A stretch of DNA of 32,000 bases from Candidatus Methanoperedens sp. (GCA_041494705.1 JBGQBI010000002.1:240001-272000), one strand, 5' to 3'; positions 1 through 8,785 are shown, counted from the stretch's first letter. Program-made: numbers and translations. The notes: a model not told the origin generated them from the letters alone.

Positions 1-1430
1 CCCTGCGGGCGAAGCTGGGCAGGCAAAAGCAGCGGATGGTCGCTTAGCCAGCCTGAGACATGAAGAGCAGATATTGATGAATCCATCCAGGTATCAAGGA
101 CATCCTCTTCCCCTCTCCACTCCGTAGAGCCGCATTCACATGCTTCAGGCGGCTTTTTCTGCGTCGGGTCAAGCGGCAGCCACTCTTCTTTTGCCACTTT
201 TGTCTTGCCGCACTTTTTGCAGTACCATGCCGGAATCGGTGTTGCAAAAATCCTCTGCCTTGATATGCACCAGTCCCATTCCATAGTCCCTGTCCAGTTC
301 TCAAGCCTCACTTTCATATAGTCTGGAACCCAGGCGACCTGGTTTGCGGTATTGAGTATATCATCGTGGATTATCCTGACAAACCACTGCCGCTCCGAGA
401 GGATTTCAATGGGCGTCTTGCATCTCCAGCAAAGACCAACGTTCTGCGGCAGCTCTTCCTGTTTGTAAAGGATTCCGGCATTTTTCATGTCCCCGATTAT
501 TGCTTTCTTGCATTCTTCAGTGCTTAAGCCAGAATATTTGCCTGCAAGCTCTGTCATCTTTCCGGTTTTGTCAATCGCTTTTCGAAGGGGGAGGGAGTGC
601 TCGACCCACCATCTCACATCCTGCTTATCGCCAAACGTGCATATCATGACAACGCCCGTGCCAAAGGCAGGGTCAACATTCTTGTCAGCTATGACCAAGA
701 CTTTATGACCGAAAACGGGGACTTTTACTTCGGTGTTCACATACTCGCCGTATCTCTCGTCATCAGGATTAACAGCGACCGCAACGCAGGCTGCAAGCAG
801 TTCGGGTCTTGTTGTTGCAATCTTGAGTTTGTCAAAATTAAGGTAATTAAGAAGGGTGCTTCGCGAATCGTATTCGACCTCCGCGAACGCAATCGCAGTT
901 TCGCAGCGCGGGCACCAGTTTACCGGGTGGTTTTGCTGGTATATCATGCCGCTTTCATGCATCTTAACGAAAGACCGCTGCGTTTTGCCATAGTATGCGG
1001 GTTCCATGGTGATGTATTCGTTGCTCCAGTCGATGGAAAACCCAAGGCGGCGCAGGCTTTTTCTCATTCGTCCGATATTCGTTTCGGTCAATTCCACGCA
1101 CATGCGGCGAAACTCCTCGCGCGAAACCTGACTCTTGGTTATGCCGTGTTTTTCTTCAACTTTCACTTCAGTTGGGAGCCCGTGGCAGTCCCAGCCTTCG
1201 GGGAACATCACGTTGTAGCCGCGCATCCTTTTGTAGCGCGCCACAAAATCGATGTAGCACCAGTTAAGCGCATTGCCGATATGGAAATTGCCTGTGGGGT
1301 AGGGAGGCGGCGTATCGATTATGAACTGGGGTTTTTGTGAATCCCAGTCGAAATAATACATGGAGTCCTGCCATGTATCCAGCCATTTTTCTTCGATAGC
1401 GTTAGAATCGTATTCTTTGGGGAGTTCCAT
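1..1430 (-). CDS. valS: Valyl-tRNA synthetase, N-terminal ~476 codons (partial, continues beyond window start)
   Basis: Not in the ORF track because it has no stop in the window. I translated it by hand from the ATG at 1430-1428: [93 protein letters not shown]... It stays open to position 3. It carries a class-I HIGH-type motif (FHIGN), then WCISRQR and [22 protein letters not shown] is typical of archaeal ValRS. The frame was checked arithmetically at both ends. Confidence 0.85.
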   Translation of the reverse strand, partial: MELPKEYDSNAIEEKWLDTWQDSMYYFDWDSQKPQFIIDTPPPYPTGNFHIGNALNWCYIDFVARYKRMRGYNVMFPEGWDCHGLPTEVKVEEKHGITKSQVSREEFRRMCVELTETNIGRMRKSLRRLGFSIDWSNEYITMEPAYYGKTQRSFVKMHESGMIYQQNHPVNWCPRCETAIAFAEVEYDSRSTLLNYLNFDKLKIATTRPELLAACVAVAVNPDDERYGEYVNTEVKVPVFGHKVLVIADKNVDPAFGTGVVMICTFGDKQDVRWWVEHSLPLRKAIDKTGKMTELAGKYSGLSTEECKKAIIGDMKNAGILYKQEELPQNVGLCWRCKTPIEILSERQWFVRIIHDDILNTANQVAWVPDYMKVRLENWTGTMEWDWCISRQRIFATPIPAWYCKKCGKTKVAKEEWLPLDPTQKKPPEACECGSTEWRGEEDVLDTWMDSSISALHVSGWLSDHPLLLPAQLRPQ

Positions 1431-1740
1431 ATTGCCGCTGTGATTACCTGCATGATTAATAGAATTATCGGTTTTCGGAAGCAATTTGAGTTTAAGGTTT
1501 TAGGATTTACAAAACATCTGAATTAATGAGAGTTATAATTCGTGTTGGTAGTTAGGTTAATGTGCAACACTTGCTACTAACCACCAAAAAAAAGAAACGC
1601 CAAACCTTCCCAAATCTTCCCTATTGGAAGCTTTATAACGCCCCCTATGAGTTATGGCTTAAAAGTTATACCAATACTAGCCTGCATTTCTGTTGGTTTA
1701 CCAGATTTTATATCTTGAATCTTAAAGAATTAGGTGATTT

Positions 1741-2202
1741 TTATCTTCTTCTCTCTAACCTTCTTAAAGCTGCTAATGAAATCAAAGTCTTATGATCTCC
1801 AATGTTAGCAACTACAACCCAAGCCCCATGAACTCCAGATCCCGTAATCCTGATAGGCAATCCTTCAACGTTAAACATTTTGTAACGCTCAGGTATGGGT
1901 TCATCGGGATATCTACATATTCTCTCTCCAACATTTCCAGGAACCTTGATTTCCGATAGTACTTCGCCAGATTTTTCAAAATCATCAGTGCCTACGAACT
2001 CTGCATCAGGGTAACCATCAATCCATATTACTACTCTAAATCGATCTTTCCCATATGTAAGTCGTCTTCCAAAGCCTATCTTCACATCATGTTCGCCATC
2101 TTCGGCTTTAGTGATGTATTCAATGAAATCAAAAGTTTCAGTAACTTCAGGCCATTTATATTTATAATCCCTTCCAGCATCTTTTATGTTTATAATATGC
2201 AT
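1741..2202 (-). CDS. Hypothetical protein (153 aa), no recognisable motif, in an AT-rich islet
   Basis: ORF-track ORF with protein-like mixed composition, no TM segment and no signal peptide. It lies on the same strand as, and 123 nt downstream of, the lipoprotein gene. Confidence 0.45.
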   Translation of the reverse strand: MHIINIKDAGRDYKYKWPEVTETFDFIEYITKAEDGEHDVKIGFGRRLTYGKDRFRVVIWIDGYPDAEFVGTDDFEKSGEVLSEIKVPGNVGERICRYPDEPIPERYKMFNVEGLPIRITGSGVHGAWVVVANIGDHKTLISLAALRRLERRR

Positions 2203-2325
2203 TTTTCCATCCTATTTTATTATCTCTCTTTCCCGATTTCATACTAAATGTTTTTTAATACGGGGTTATTATAAATTGCATTTACAGACTTCTCCATCAT
2301 TACCTTCCCCATTATACTTCTCATG

Positions 2326-2790
2326 TTATTTATCCGGTAGTAACTTGTTTGAATTTACTTGTATCACTATAGTATCGTAAATCCCTTGGGTTGTTTCATT
2401 ATTCAACTCTGATTGATCTTTCATGCATTGATTGTATATTTTTACCAGCACATCCACCTTATCGGGAATCTGACATGTCCTACTTCTAGTGTTGTAATTA
2501 TATGCTATATAATGATACTCTTTCATTGCTCGTTTAAATTCATCAACCGCTGGTTGCATTTTAGGTGAAACTATTAATTTATCTATCTCAGTATAATAAT
2601 TTTGGCTATCCATCTCAAGTAGTGAAGGTGCAACAGCGAAGTTTAATATGTCATTCTTAATCACTTTAAATGCATCAGCCATTAAATATCTAGCCTTTTC
2701 ATCATAGTACATGGGTTGTACTGTTGAACCAACACATCCACTTAACAGTGAAATAAATATCACTATCAGTATCATTATTTTATATTTCAT
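2326..2790 (-). CDS. Putative lipoprotein (154 aa), unknown function
   Basis: The N-terminus MKYKIMILIVIFISLLSGC reads as a signal peptide plus a lipobox-like LSGC. The rest is hydrophilic. The local sequence is AT-rich. Confidence 0.55.
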   Translation of the reverse strand: MKYKIMILIVIFISLLSGCVGSTVQPMYYDEKARYLMADAFKVIKNDILNFAVAPSLLEMDSQNYYTEIDKLIVSPKMQPAVDEFKRAMKEYHYIAYNYNTRSRTCQIPDKVDVLVKIYNQCMKDQSELNNETTQGIYDTIVIQVNSNKLLPDK

Positions 2791-2962
2791 ATAATCCTAT
2801 AATTGTCCCAATAATATCTCCTTGTCTGCTCATATAACACCTGCTCAACGAATTAATATTATAAAGATATTAAAGTATTTAATAATTTCCGATAGAATAA
2901 AAAAAAACAGTGAGAAGTTAGTAGAGCTTTGTTTCAATTCGTATTGATAATTATATACAATA

Positions 2963-3030
2963 CCATCAAAGCTATCATTAGGATTGCCCTCCGCCCTAAA
3001 GGAGCACGCAAAAGCGAATGTGCGCCTGCC
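2963..3030. repeat. Conserved non-coding element, copy 1 of 2 (see 21760-21830)
   Basis: CCATCAAAGC...CCGCCCTAAAGG.GCACGCAAAAGCGAATGTGCGCCTGCC aligns by eye with 21760-21830. They differ at a handful of substitutions and small indels. The two copies have no shared reading frame. Confidence 0.7.
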
Positions 3031-3161
3031 CCACCAAAACATTCATTTTCTAAGGTCATTTCAATTTACCAACACAATTGAAACGCTCTCGAATTTGAAT
3101 AACCTATTTATGCGACAAAATCCTTCTATGAATGGGAGGTTACAGAAGGGCAAAAGAAAAT

Positions 3162-3671
3162 ATGTTATACTCGTTCGACGGTAAAAAACCCGTAATAGCG
3201 AAAAATGCATTCATAGCAGATACAGCCTGCATCATCGGGGACGTTTCAATCGGGGAAGGCTCAAGCGTATGGTTCAACACCGTCATCCGCGGCGACAGGG
3301 CAAAAATCCGCATCGGAAGAGGCTGTAATATCCAGGATAATGCTGTTATACATTCGGATGACAGGAATGTGGAAATAGGCGACGGGGTAAGCATGGGGCA
3401 CGGGTGCGTCATGCATGGCTGTCTCGTTAAAAACAATGCGCTCATAGGCATGAATTCCACAATACTGCACGGCGCCGAAATCGGGGAATATGCAATCGTG
3501 GGCGCCGGGGCATTAGTGCCGCCAGGCCATAAAATCCCGGCAAAGAGCGTGGTTATGGGAGTGCCGTGCAAACATGTGAGGATTATCACAGAGGAAGATA
3601 TTATGCTCATGAAAAGTACCCTGAGGAATTATGAGATATTGACCGAGAGGTATTTATCTCAGGTCAAATGA
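3162..3671 (+). CDS. Gamma-class carbonic anhydrase family / hexapeptide-repeat (left-handed beta-helix) protein
   Basis: MLYSFDGKKPVIAKNAFIADTACIIGDVSIGEGSSVWFNTVIRGD...IQDNAVIH matches the start and hexapeptide periodicity of Cam/PaaY/YrdA-type proteins. I chose the second in-frame ATG (3162) by analogy with family N-termini. The track ORF begins at 3132. Confidence 0.8.
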   Translation: MLYSFDGKKPVIAKNAFIADTACIIGDVSIGEGSSVWFNTVIRGDRAKIRIGRGCNIQDNAVIHSDDRNVEIGDGVSMGHGCVMHGCLVKNNALIGMNSTILHGAEIGEYAIVGAGALVPPGHKIPAKSVVMGVPCKHVRIITEEDIMLMKSTLRNYEILTERYLSQVK

Positions 3672-3683
3672 CCGCAATTGAAA

Positions 3684-3753
3684 AACCACAGAGAACGCAG
3701 AGGACACAGAGAAAAAATAGCAAAGCTCTGTGCTCTCTGTGTCCTCCGTGGTT
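3684..3753. repeat. Long imperfect hairpin built from CACAGAG / CTCTGTG units
   Basis: The left arm is AACCACAGAGAACGCAGAGGACACAGAG (3684-3711). The right arm is CTCTGTGCTCTCTGTGTCCTCCGTGGTT (3726-3753). 23 of 28 positions pair, counted by hand. It starts 12 nt after the stop of the upstream gene. Confidence 0.75.
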
Positions 3754-3792
3754 AATTATCTGATCGGGATTGATAATCCAGAATAAAATAAT

Positions 3793-3859
3793 CTTTGCGA
3801 CCTCAGCGCCTCTGCGGTGAGACTAAACCGAACACCGCAAAGACGCAAAGAACGCAAAG
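3793..3859. repeat. REP-like imperfect palindrome of the CTTTGCG family (full copy)
   Basis: Arms are CTTTGCGACCTCAGCGCCTCTGCGGTG (3793-3819) and CACCGCAAAGACGCAAAGAACGCAAAG (3833-3859). Each arm holds three CTTTGCG-like heptads at about 9-nt spacing. Confidence 0.8.
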
Positions 3860-3895
3860 CATTGTCAACTGTATTTGAACATGGGTCAAACTGAT

Positions 3896-5095
3896 ATGCG
3901 AAACATAGAAATAGAAGAACTCGGCGCCACGCCGATAACGGAGCGGAAAATAGAGGTAGTTGAAAGGAAAGGACTCGGGCATCCCGATTTTATCTGCGAT
4001 TCCATAATGAACCAGGTCTCAATCGAACTCTGCAAGGAATACATGGAAAGATTTGGCGCCATCATGCACCACAATATCGATAAGGGGATGCTGGTGGCTG
4101 GGGAGGTAAAAACCAAATTCGGCGGCGGGGTGATACTGAAGCCGATGCGCCTGATTTTCGGGGACAGGGCGACATTTGAAGTGGAAGGCGAAATCATCGA
4201 TGTCAATACTATTGCTATAGATGCTGCAAAACAATGGCTGAAGGACAACCTGAGGTTTGTGAATTCGGATTCTATCCAGTACCAGGTCGAGCTTGCCCAT
4301 GGTTCGGCAGAACTTACCGATATTTTCAAAAGAAAAGGCGCGATACTCGGGGCAAACGATACTTCGGCAGCGGTCGGATATGCCCCGATGACGCCGACTG
4401 AAACGATTGTGCTTGAAACAGAGCGATTTTTGAATTCACCTGATTTTAAGAAAAGATTTCCCGCATCGGGCGAGGATATCAAAGTCATGGGCCTGCGCGA
4501 GCGGAACGAGCTTCATTTAACCATCGCAGACCCTCTCATTGACAGGTTCATTGAATCCGAAAGTGAGTATTTCAGGAAAAAAGATGAACTTCTGGAGGAA
4601 ATAAAGACCTACGCTGCTGAAAGAACTGACCTTGAAACCTCAGTTTATCTTAATACTCTTGACAGGGAGGGGCGGGGCATGGGCGGGATTTATCTCACGG
4701 TAACTGGAACTTCTGCCGAGGATGCCGACTCAGGCCAGGTGGGGCGCGGGAACCGCGTGAACGGCATCATCCCGTTAAACCGCCCTGTGAGCAGCGAAGC
4801 AGCAGCCGGAAAAAACCCGGTAAGCCATGTCGGGAAGATTTACAATGTGCTCAGCCACAGGATTGCAAGCGAGATTTACACAAATGTGCCTGATATAAAG
4901 GAAGTATATGTGTGGTTATTAAGCCAGATTGGCGAGCCGATAGACCAGCCCAAGATTGCGGCTGCGCAGGTGATTATGGAGAGAGGGACGCTTGAGGATG
5001 TGGAAAAAGAGGTAAATGAGGTCATAGATAGCGAGCTTGCGAACATACAGGAGTTCTGCATGGAGCTGGCGTACGGGAAGATTCCGGTGTGCTGA
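3896..5095 (+). CDS. mat: Archaeal-type S-adenosylmethionine synthetase
   Basis: MRNIEIEELGATPITERKIEVVERKGLGHPDFICDS... is the canonical N-terminus and GHPD motif of archaeal MAT, and the length fits. Start set at the third in-frame initiator (3896). The track ORF starts at TTG 3875. Confidence 0.9.
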   Translation: MRNIEIEELGATPITERKIEVVERKGLGHPDFICDSIMNQVSIELCKEYMERFGAIMHHNIDKGMLVAGEVKTKFGGGVILKPMRLIFGDRATFEVEGEIIDVNTIAIDAAKQWLKDNLRFVNSDSIQYQVELAHGSAELTDIFKRKGAILGANDTSAAVGYAPMTPTETIVLETERFLNSPDFKKRFPASGEDIKVMGLRERNELHLTIADPLIDRFIESESEYFRKKDELLEEIKTYAAERTDLETSVYLNTLDREGRGMGGIYLTVTGTSAEDADSGQVGRGNRVNGIIPLNRPVSSEAAAGKNPVSHVGKIYNVLSHRIASEIYTNVPDIKEVYVWLLSQIGEPIDQPKIAAAQVIMERGTLEDVEKEVNEVIDSELANIQEFCMELAYGKIPVC

Positions 5096-5410
5096 TCAGA
5101 GATTTTTCAAATCCTTTGCCTTTTCCGGCAATCTTTTCCCGATCAGTTCAAAAAGCGCATCCGAATCCCCTTCTGCCAGTGAGCGCACATCTTCATCGCC
5201 TTTTAAAATCATATCTACAAGGTAATTTAGCTCCTCATCTGTCAATCTATTGACCCGGTTCGCGAAATCCTCGGGGGATTCTGATAACTTATGCGAGACC
5301 GGAAGCAGGATGAACTTATAGTCATGCCCGGGCGCGGGTCCGGTTGCGCCTTCAAGTTCGGGCGCGAGTTTGTCGAGGAGCTTTTTGTCGAGGTCGGTGA
5401 GGGTTCTCAT
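5096..5410 (-). CDS. Small acidic hypothetical protein (104 aa), apparently co-oriented downstream partner of the RecJ-like gene
   Basis: ORF-track ORF with helical, acidic, protein-like composition. It lies 35 nt downstream of the DHH gene on the same strand. Its stop codon abuts the mat stop codon. Confidence 0.5.
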   Translation of the reverse strand: MRTLTDLDKKLLDKLAPELEGATGPAPGHDYKFILLPVSHKLSESPEDFANRVNRLTDEELNYLVDMILKGDEDVRSLAEGDSDALFELIGKRLPEKAKDLKNL

Positions 5411-5445
5411 AGGTTCTTCAATTCCTTAATGATATTCGCAGGACG

Positions 5446-6813
5446 TCATCTTATCTGCGAGCCAATTTTCCGGTCAAGTATCTTCAAAAATTCGCTCTTC
5501 GATTCACCTGGAATGAAAGCCCCTGCTGCTATGTCATGCCCTCCACCCGTGCCGCCAACTGCTTTTGCAGCTTCGCTGATTGCCTCGCCAAGGTTAAGCC
5601 CTTTCCTTATAAGGTCCTGGTTTCCCCTTGACGAAACTTTTACACCACCGTCGGAATCTGCAAAAGCGATTATGGGAAGTTCCCTGTTATTTACAAACGA
5701 GGAGCTCATGCCTGCCACTATGCCTACGATGGTTTCCCTGATTTTATTTCCCGAATCAAAATATTGAAGGTTTTCCATCCTGGTTACCCCATGCTCCTTC
5801 ACAAAATTCAGTCCCTCGACAAGATTCTTCCTGTGCTCGTTAAGAAGGGCGCAAGCCTTATCAAAGCATTTTTCGCGGTCGCCCATGCACACGGCAAGCC
5901 CTATATCCGCATGGTCATAGCGGGCAGTGGAATTAAGCAGCGTGGCATATTCGGAAGCGTCCCGCACCTCGGTTCCTTCACGCTCGCATAATAATGTATA
6001 TACTTCCCCGATAAGCCTTTCCACCTTAAAACCTGGCAGCCCGGATGAAAGTCCTGATTGTATCAGGGCAGAGACGATTTTCTGTTTTTCAGAGGGGTCA
6101 AGGTCTATCCACCGTCTCCATTTCTCTCCATGCTGCCTGATGCCTATTTTTTTTAAGAATTCAATGCTTGCATCTTCGCTGCCGGTAAGACCGGGCAAAT
6201 ATACATCAGTGGAATATTGCAATAGTTTGAATATCGGGCGCGTCTGCCTTCCGAATAGCATCAGGTCTTTTTCATATCCAAGGACTTTATTCCTGGCGCC
6301 CTCTTCCAGTATCGACCTGTTCATCCCGACCAATTGCCCGTGTTTTGCATGCTGTAAATCGCCCACTGCCCCGACGATAGCAAGGGCTGCAAGGTCGCCG
6401 TTGCCGCCCAGCTCCTGCGCGATAAGGAAAGCAACTCCTGAACCGCTTAGTTCAATCGCGCCGTTAATCCCGAAAAGATGTGGATTTAAATGGTATTCAT
6501 AAACGCCCTGAGGCTGGTGATGGTCAGAAATAACCGCATTGAGTTTCAATGAGCTAATCGCATCCAGCATTCCGCTTCCGAGGTCGGTAAATACAATAAG
6601 TTCGGGATTCTGGTCAGCTATTTCGGTGAGTGTAGGCATGTCCAGTTGCTTTACAAAACGTATCCTGTAATCGATGCCTGCACGTTCCAGGGCTTTTCCC
6701 ATGATTGCAGCAGAGGTCAGGCCATCAGCATCGATATGCGACACAACGAGAGCCGATGAGTGTTTCTTTATGTATTCAGCGCACTTTCCGGCCCTTTTCG
6801 CAAGCGTCATCAT
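5446..6813 (-). CDS. DHH/DHHA1 phosphoesterase, archaeal RecJ-like nuclease (GAN/RecJ family)
   Basis: DHH motifs are SHIDADG, FTDLG and ISDHH. The DHHA1 motif is GGGHDIAAGA. At 455 aa it is typical of euryarchaeal RecJ homologues. Confidence 0.8.
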   Translation of the reverse strand: MMTLAKRAGKCAEYIKKHSSALVVSHIDADGLTSAAIMGKALERAGIDYRIRFVKQLDMPTLTEIADQNPELIVFTDLGSGMLDAISSLKLNAVISDHHQPQGVYEYHLNPHLFGINGAIELSGSGVAFLIAQELGGNGDLAALAIVGAVGDLQHAKHGQLVGMNRSILEEGARNKVLGYEKDLMLFGRQTRPIFKLLQYSTDVYLPGLTGSEDASIEFLKKIGIRQHGEKWRRWIDLDPSEKQKIVSALIQSGLSSGLPGFKVERLIGEVYTLLCEREGTEVRDASEYATLLNSTARYDHADIGLAVCMGDREKCFDKACALLNEHRKNLVEGLNFVKEHGVTRMENLQYFDSGNKIRETIVGIVAGMSSSFVNNRELPIIAFADSDGGVKVSSRGNQDLIRKGLNLGEAISEAAKAVGGTGGGHDIAAGAFIPGESKSEFLKILDRKIGSQIR

Positions 6814-7023
6814 TGCTTTCGTGGTTTTATTCGCTAAAATACCTTTGCACGCCTTGCTTAAACGTCACTGCGAGGGCGGGTGGGGCGATTCGAGGATGGG
6901 GTGAATTCGCAGAGGTTCATATGTGTTTGTTAGTTGGGAGGGTTATTTAAGCGTTGGTTCATGGCCTGGAGATTCAAGCCAATCTTAATAAGGGCATAAT
7001 ACATTTAACGAAGTGAATTTAAC

Positions 7024-7329
7024 ATGCTCGCCACACTATTAATACTGCTCATCGGCTGGCCTGGAATTATATCCTCATTAGCAATCTCAATTGCAGGAGT
7101 TATAAGAAGCAAACCAGTGTGGTTGATAATTGGTGCCATACTTGCTGTTCCATTTTCCTGGTATCTTAGCGGGTCGCCACTTTTCAGGAACATAGGACTT
7201 CTCCTGCCACTGTTTCAACTCGGGGCCGCCGTGGCGATACACAGGCATGTTACATGGCTGGCATGGCTCCTTCTATTACCGTTTGCAGGTATTGCCGCCT
7301 GGTTGGGGATTACTATACTAATGCAATGA
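7024..7329 (+). CDS. Small integral membrane protein (101 aa, ~3-4 TM)
   Basis: Continuous hydrophobic helices such as LLILLIGWPGIISSLAISIAGVI and LAWLLLLPFAGIAAWLGITIL. No recognisable family. Confidence 0.5.
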   Translation: MLATLLILLIGWPGIISSLAISIAGVIRSKPVWLIIGAILAVPFSWYLSGSPLFRNIGLLLPLFQLGAAVAIHRHVTWLAWLLLLPFAGIAAWLGITILMQ

Positions 7330-7371
7330 TGAATAGAACCCTTTTTAACCATTTCAGTGGTAAGAACCATC

Positions 7372-8718
7372 ATGTGCGGCATAGCAGGCGCGGCAGGAAA
7401 AGACTCGGAAGCTCTCGTCAAAAAGATGCTCGATGCAATCAAGCACAGGGGACCCGATGGCTCCGACACATATTCCATCGGCGATATCACGCTCGGCAAT
7501 GTCCTGCTCAAAATCACAGGCGATAAACACCAGCCTCTCGCAGACGGCGGCGCGCTCACGTACAACGGCGAGATTTACAACTTCAGGAAGATTGCAGAAA
7601 AGCTTCGCATCACAACAGATTCGGACAGCGAGGCGCTTTTTGCCCTGATTTGCGCAAAAGGCATAGAAAAAGCGATTCAAGAATTAGATGGCGATTATGC
7701 TTTTGCCTTCGTTGAGGGCGAAAAACTCCATCTTGCGCGCGACCTCGCGGGCGTAAAACCGCTTTACTACGCCAAAGGAGCGGAGTTTGTTTTTGCGTCT
7801 GAGAAAAAGGCGCTGTATGCTATCGGGATGAATGAAATTCACACTCTCAAGCCCGGATATATGCTTACTTACAGCGCCGGGAAAATAATCGAAAAAAGAG
7901 TAACCGGTTTTACTGCGGGCGAGCCGATAACAGATGAAAACATAGCCTCAAAAGCGCTATATGAAGCAATTGGGTGCGCTGTGGATAAGCGGCGCTACAC
8001 GCCCTCCGCGCTTGCATTCTCAGGCGGTCTTGACAGTTCTCTCATTGCAGCGCTTTGCCCTGACGTAGAGTTGTATTCGGTGGGCATGGCTGGCTCGCAT
8101 GATATAATGCAGACAAAAAGAGCGGCAAAGCTCCTCGGGCTTTCGGATAAACTGCATCTGCATGAACTTACTTTGGATGAAGTGGAGTCAGCTCTTCCTG
8201 ATGTAATAAGAGCCGTCGAGTCAGGAGACCCGTTGAAGGTAAGCATCGCCCTACCTCTATTTTTCGCATCAGGAGACGCCCACAACGATGGGATTCGCGT
8301 GATGCTTTCAGGCCAGGGCGCTGATGAGCTTTTTGCAGGCTACAAGCGGTATGAATCAATGAACCCTGCCGAACTTGAACTGGCGCTTCGGAAAGACCTC
8401 GACAATATTGCAGAAAACAATCTTGAGCGGGATGATGCGGTTACAATGGCAAATGCTGTTGAGCTTCGTGTCCCTTATCTTGACAGGGAGGTTGTGGAAC
8501 TAGCCCTTCGGATAGCGCCCGAACTCAAGATGCACAATGGGATACGGAAATACATACTGCGCCTGGCTGCAAAGAAGCTCCTGCCTGATGAACTTGTCTT
8601 TAAAGAAAAGAAAGCGGCGCAGTACAGCAGCGGGATTTATTCTGCACTTCTTAAGCTTGCCAGAAAAAATGGGTTCAAGGGAGAGCGGGCGCTCGGAAGG
8701 TATCTTGAGGAATTATAG
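7372..8718 (+). CDS. Asparagine synthetase (glutamine-hydrolysing) family protein, short form
   Basis: N-terminal MCGIAG (Ntn amidotransferase Cys2) and the PP-loop AFSGGLDSS. Start set at the MCGIAG ATG (7372), not the track start at 7357. Confidence 0.8.
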   Translation: MCGIAGAAGKDSEALVKKMLDAIKHRGPDGSDTYSIGDITLGNVLLKITGDKHQPLADGGALTYNGEIYNFRKIAEKLRITTDSDSEALFALICAKGIEKAIQELDGDYAFAFVEGEKLHLARDLAGVKPLYYAKGAEFVFASEKKALYAIGMNEIHTLKPGYMLTYSAGKIIEKRVTGFTAGEPITDENIASKALYEAIGCAVDKRRYTPSALAFSGGLDSSLIAALCPDVELYSVGMAGSHDIMQTKRAAKLLGLSDKLHLHELTLDEVESALPDVIRAVESGDPLKVSIALPLFFASGDAHNDGIRVMLSGQGADELFAGYKRYESMNPAELELALRKDLDNIAENNLERDDAVTMANAVELRVPYLDREVVELALRIAPELKMHNGIRKYILRLAAKKLLPDELVFKEKKAAQYSSGIYSALLKLARKNGFKGERALGRYLEEL

Positions 8719-8744
8719 TTAAAAACTAAACGTTTTAAACTTAT

Positions 8745-8765
8745 CTTTGCGACCTTTGCGGTGAG
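8745..8765. repeat. CTTTGCG-family half element (single arm, two heptads)
   Basis: CTTTGCGACCTTTGCGGTGAG lies 26 nt after the asnB-like stop. It has the same arm sequence and orientation as 3793-3819 and 13532-13559. Confidence 0.65.
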
Positions 8766-8768
8766 TAT

Positions 8769-8785
8769 CGGATAGCGACTATCCG
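8769..8785 (+). terminator. Perfect 7-bp stem / 3-nt loop hairpin downstream of the asnB-like gene
   Basis: CGGATAG-CGA-CTATCCG is followed by CCTTT. A function as a terminator or processing site is inferred only. Confidence 0.3.

Noticed and set aside
597-1340. 247-aa plus-strand ORF in the first 1.4 kb
   Set aside because: It lies antisense to a clean valS reading frame with canonical motifs. The translation is Arg/Ala/Phe-rich and shows no motif, so it is a shadow ORF.
2845-3184. ORFs 2845-3042 (minus) and 2984-3184 (plus) crossing the conserved element
   Set aside because: The second copy of the element has indels and stops in the corresponding frames. The conservation is therefore at the nucleotide level and is not protein coding.
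3684-3859. Possible CRISPR array or tandem repeat array
   Set aside because: The repeated units are 7-mers within inverted arms, not direct 25-40 nt repeats separated by unique spacers. No cas genes are present.
6874-6901. G-run cluster GGGCGGGTGGGG...GGGG in the RecJ-like / membrane-protein divergent spacer (possible G-quadruplex)
   Set aside because: The fourth G-run is separated by a 12-nt loop, which makes it only a marginal G4 candidate. It is a single occurrence, and its relevance cannot be judged from sequence.
7372-8718. The asnB-like gene as part of a novel modification system with proC, the MtxX-like gene and trm5
   Set aside because: The genes are separated by spacers that contain a repeat and a hairpin. 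All four have ordinary housekeeping motifs, and nothing in the sequence links them functionally.
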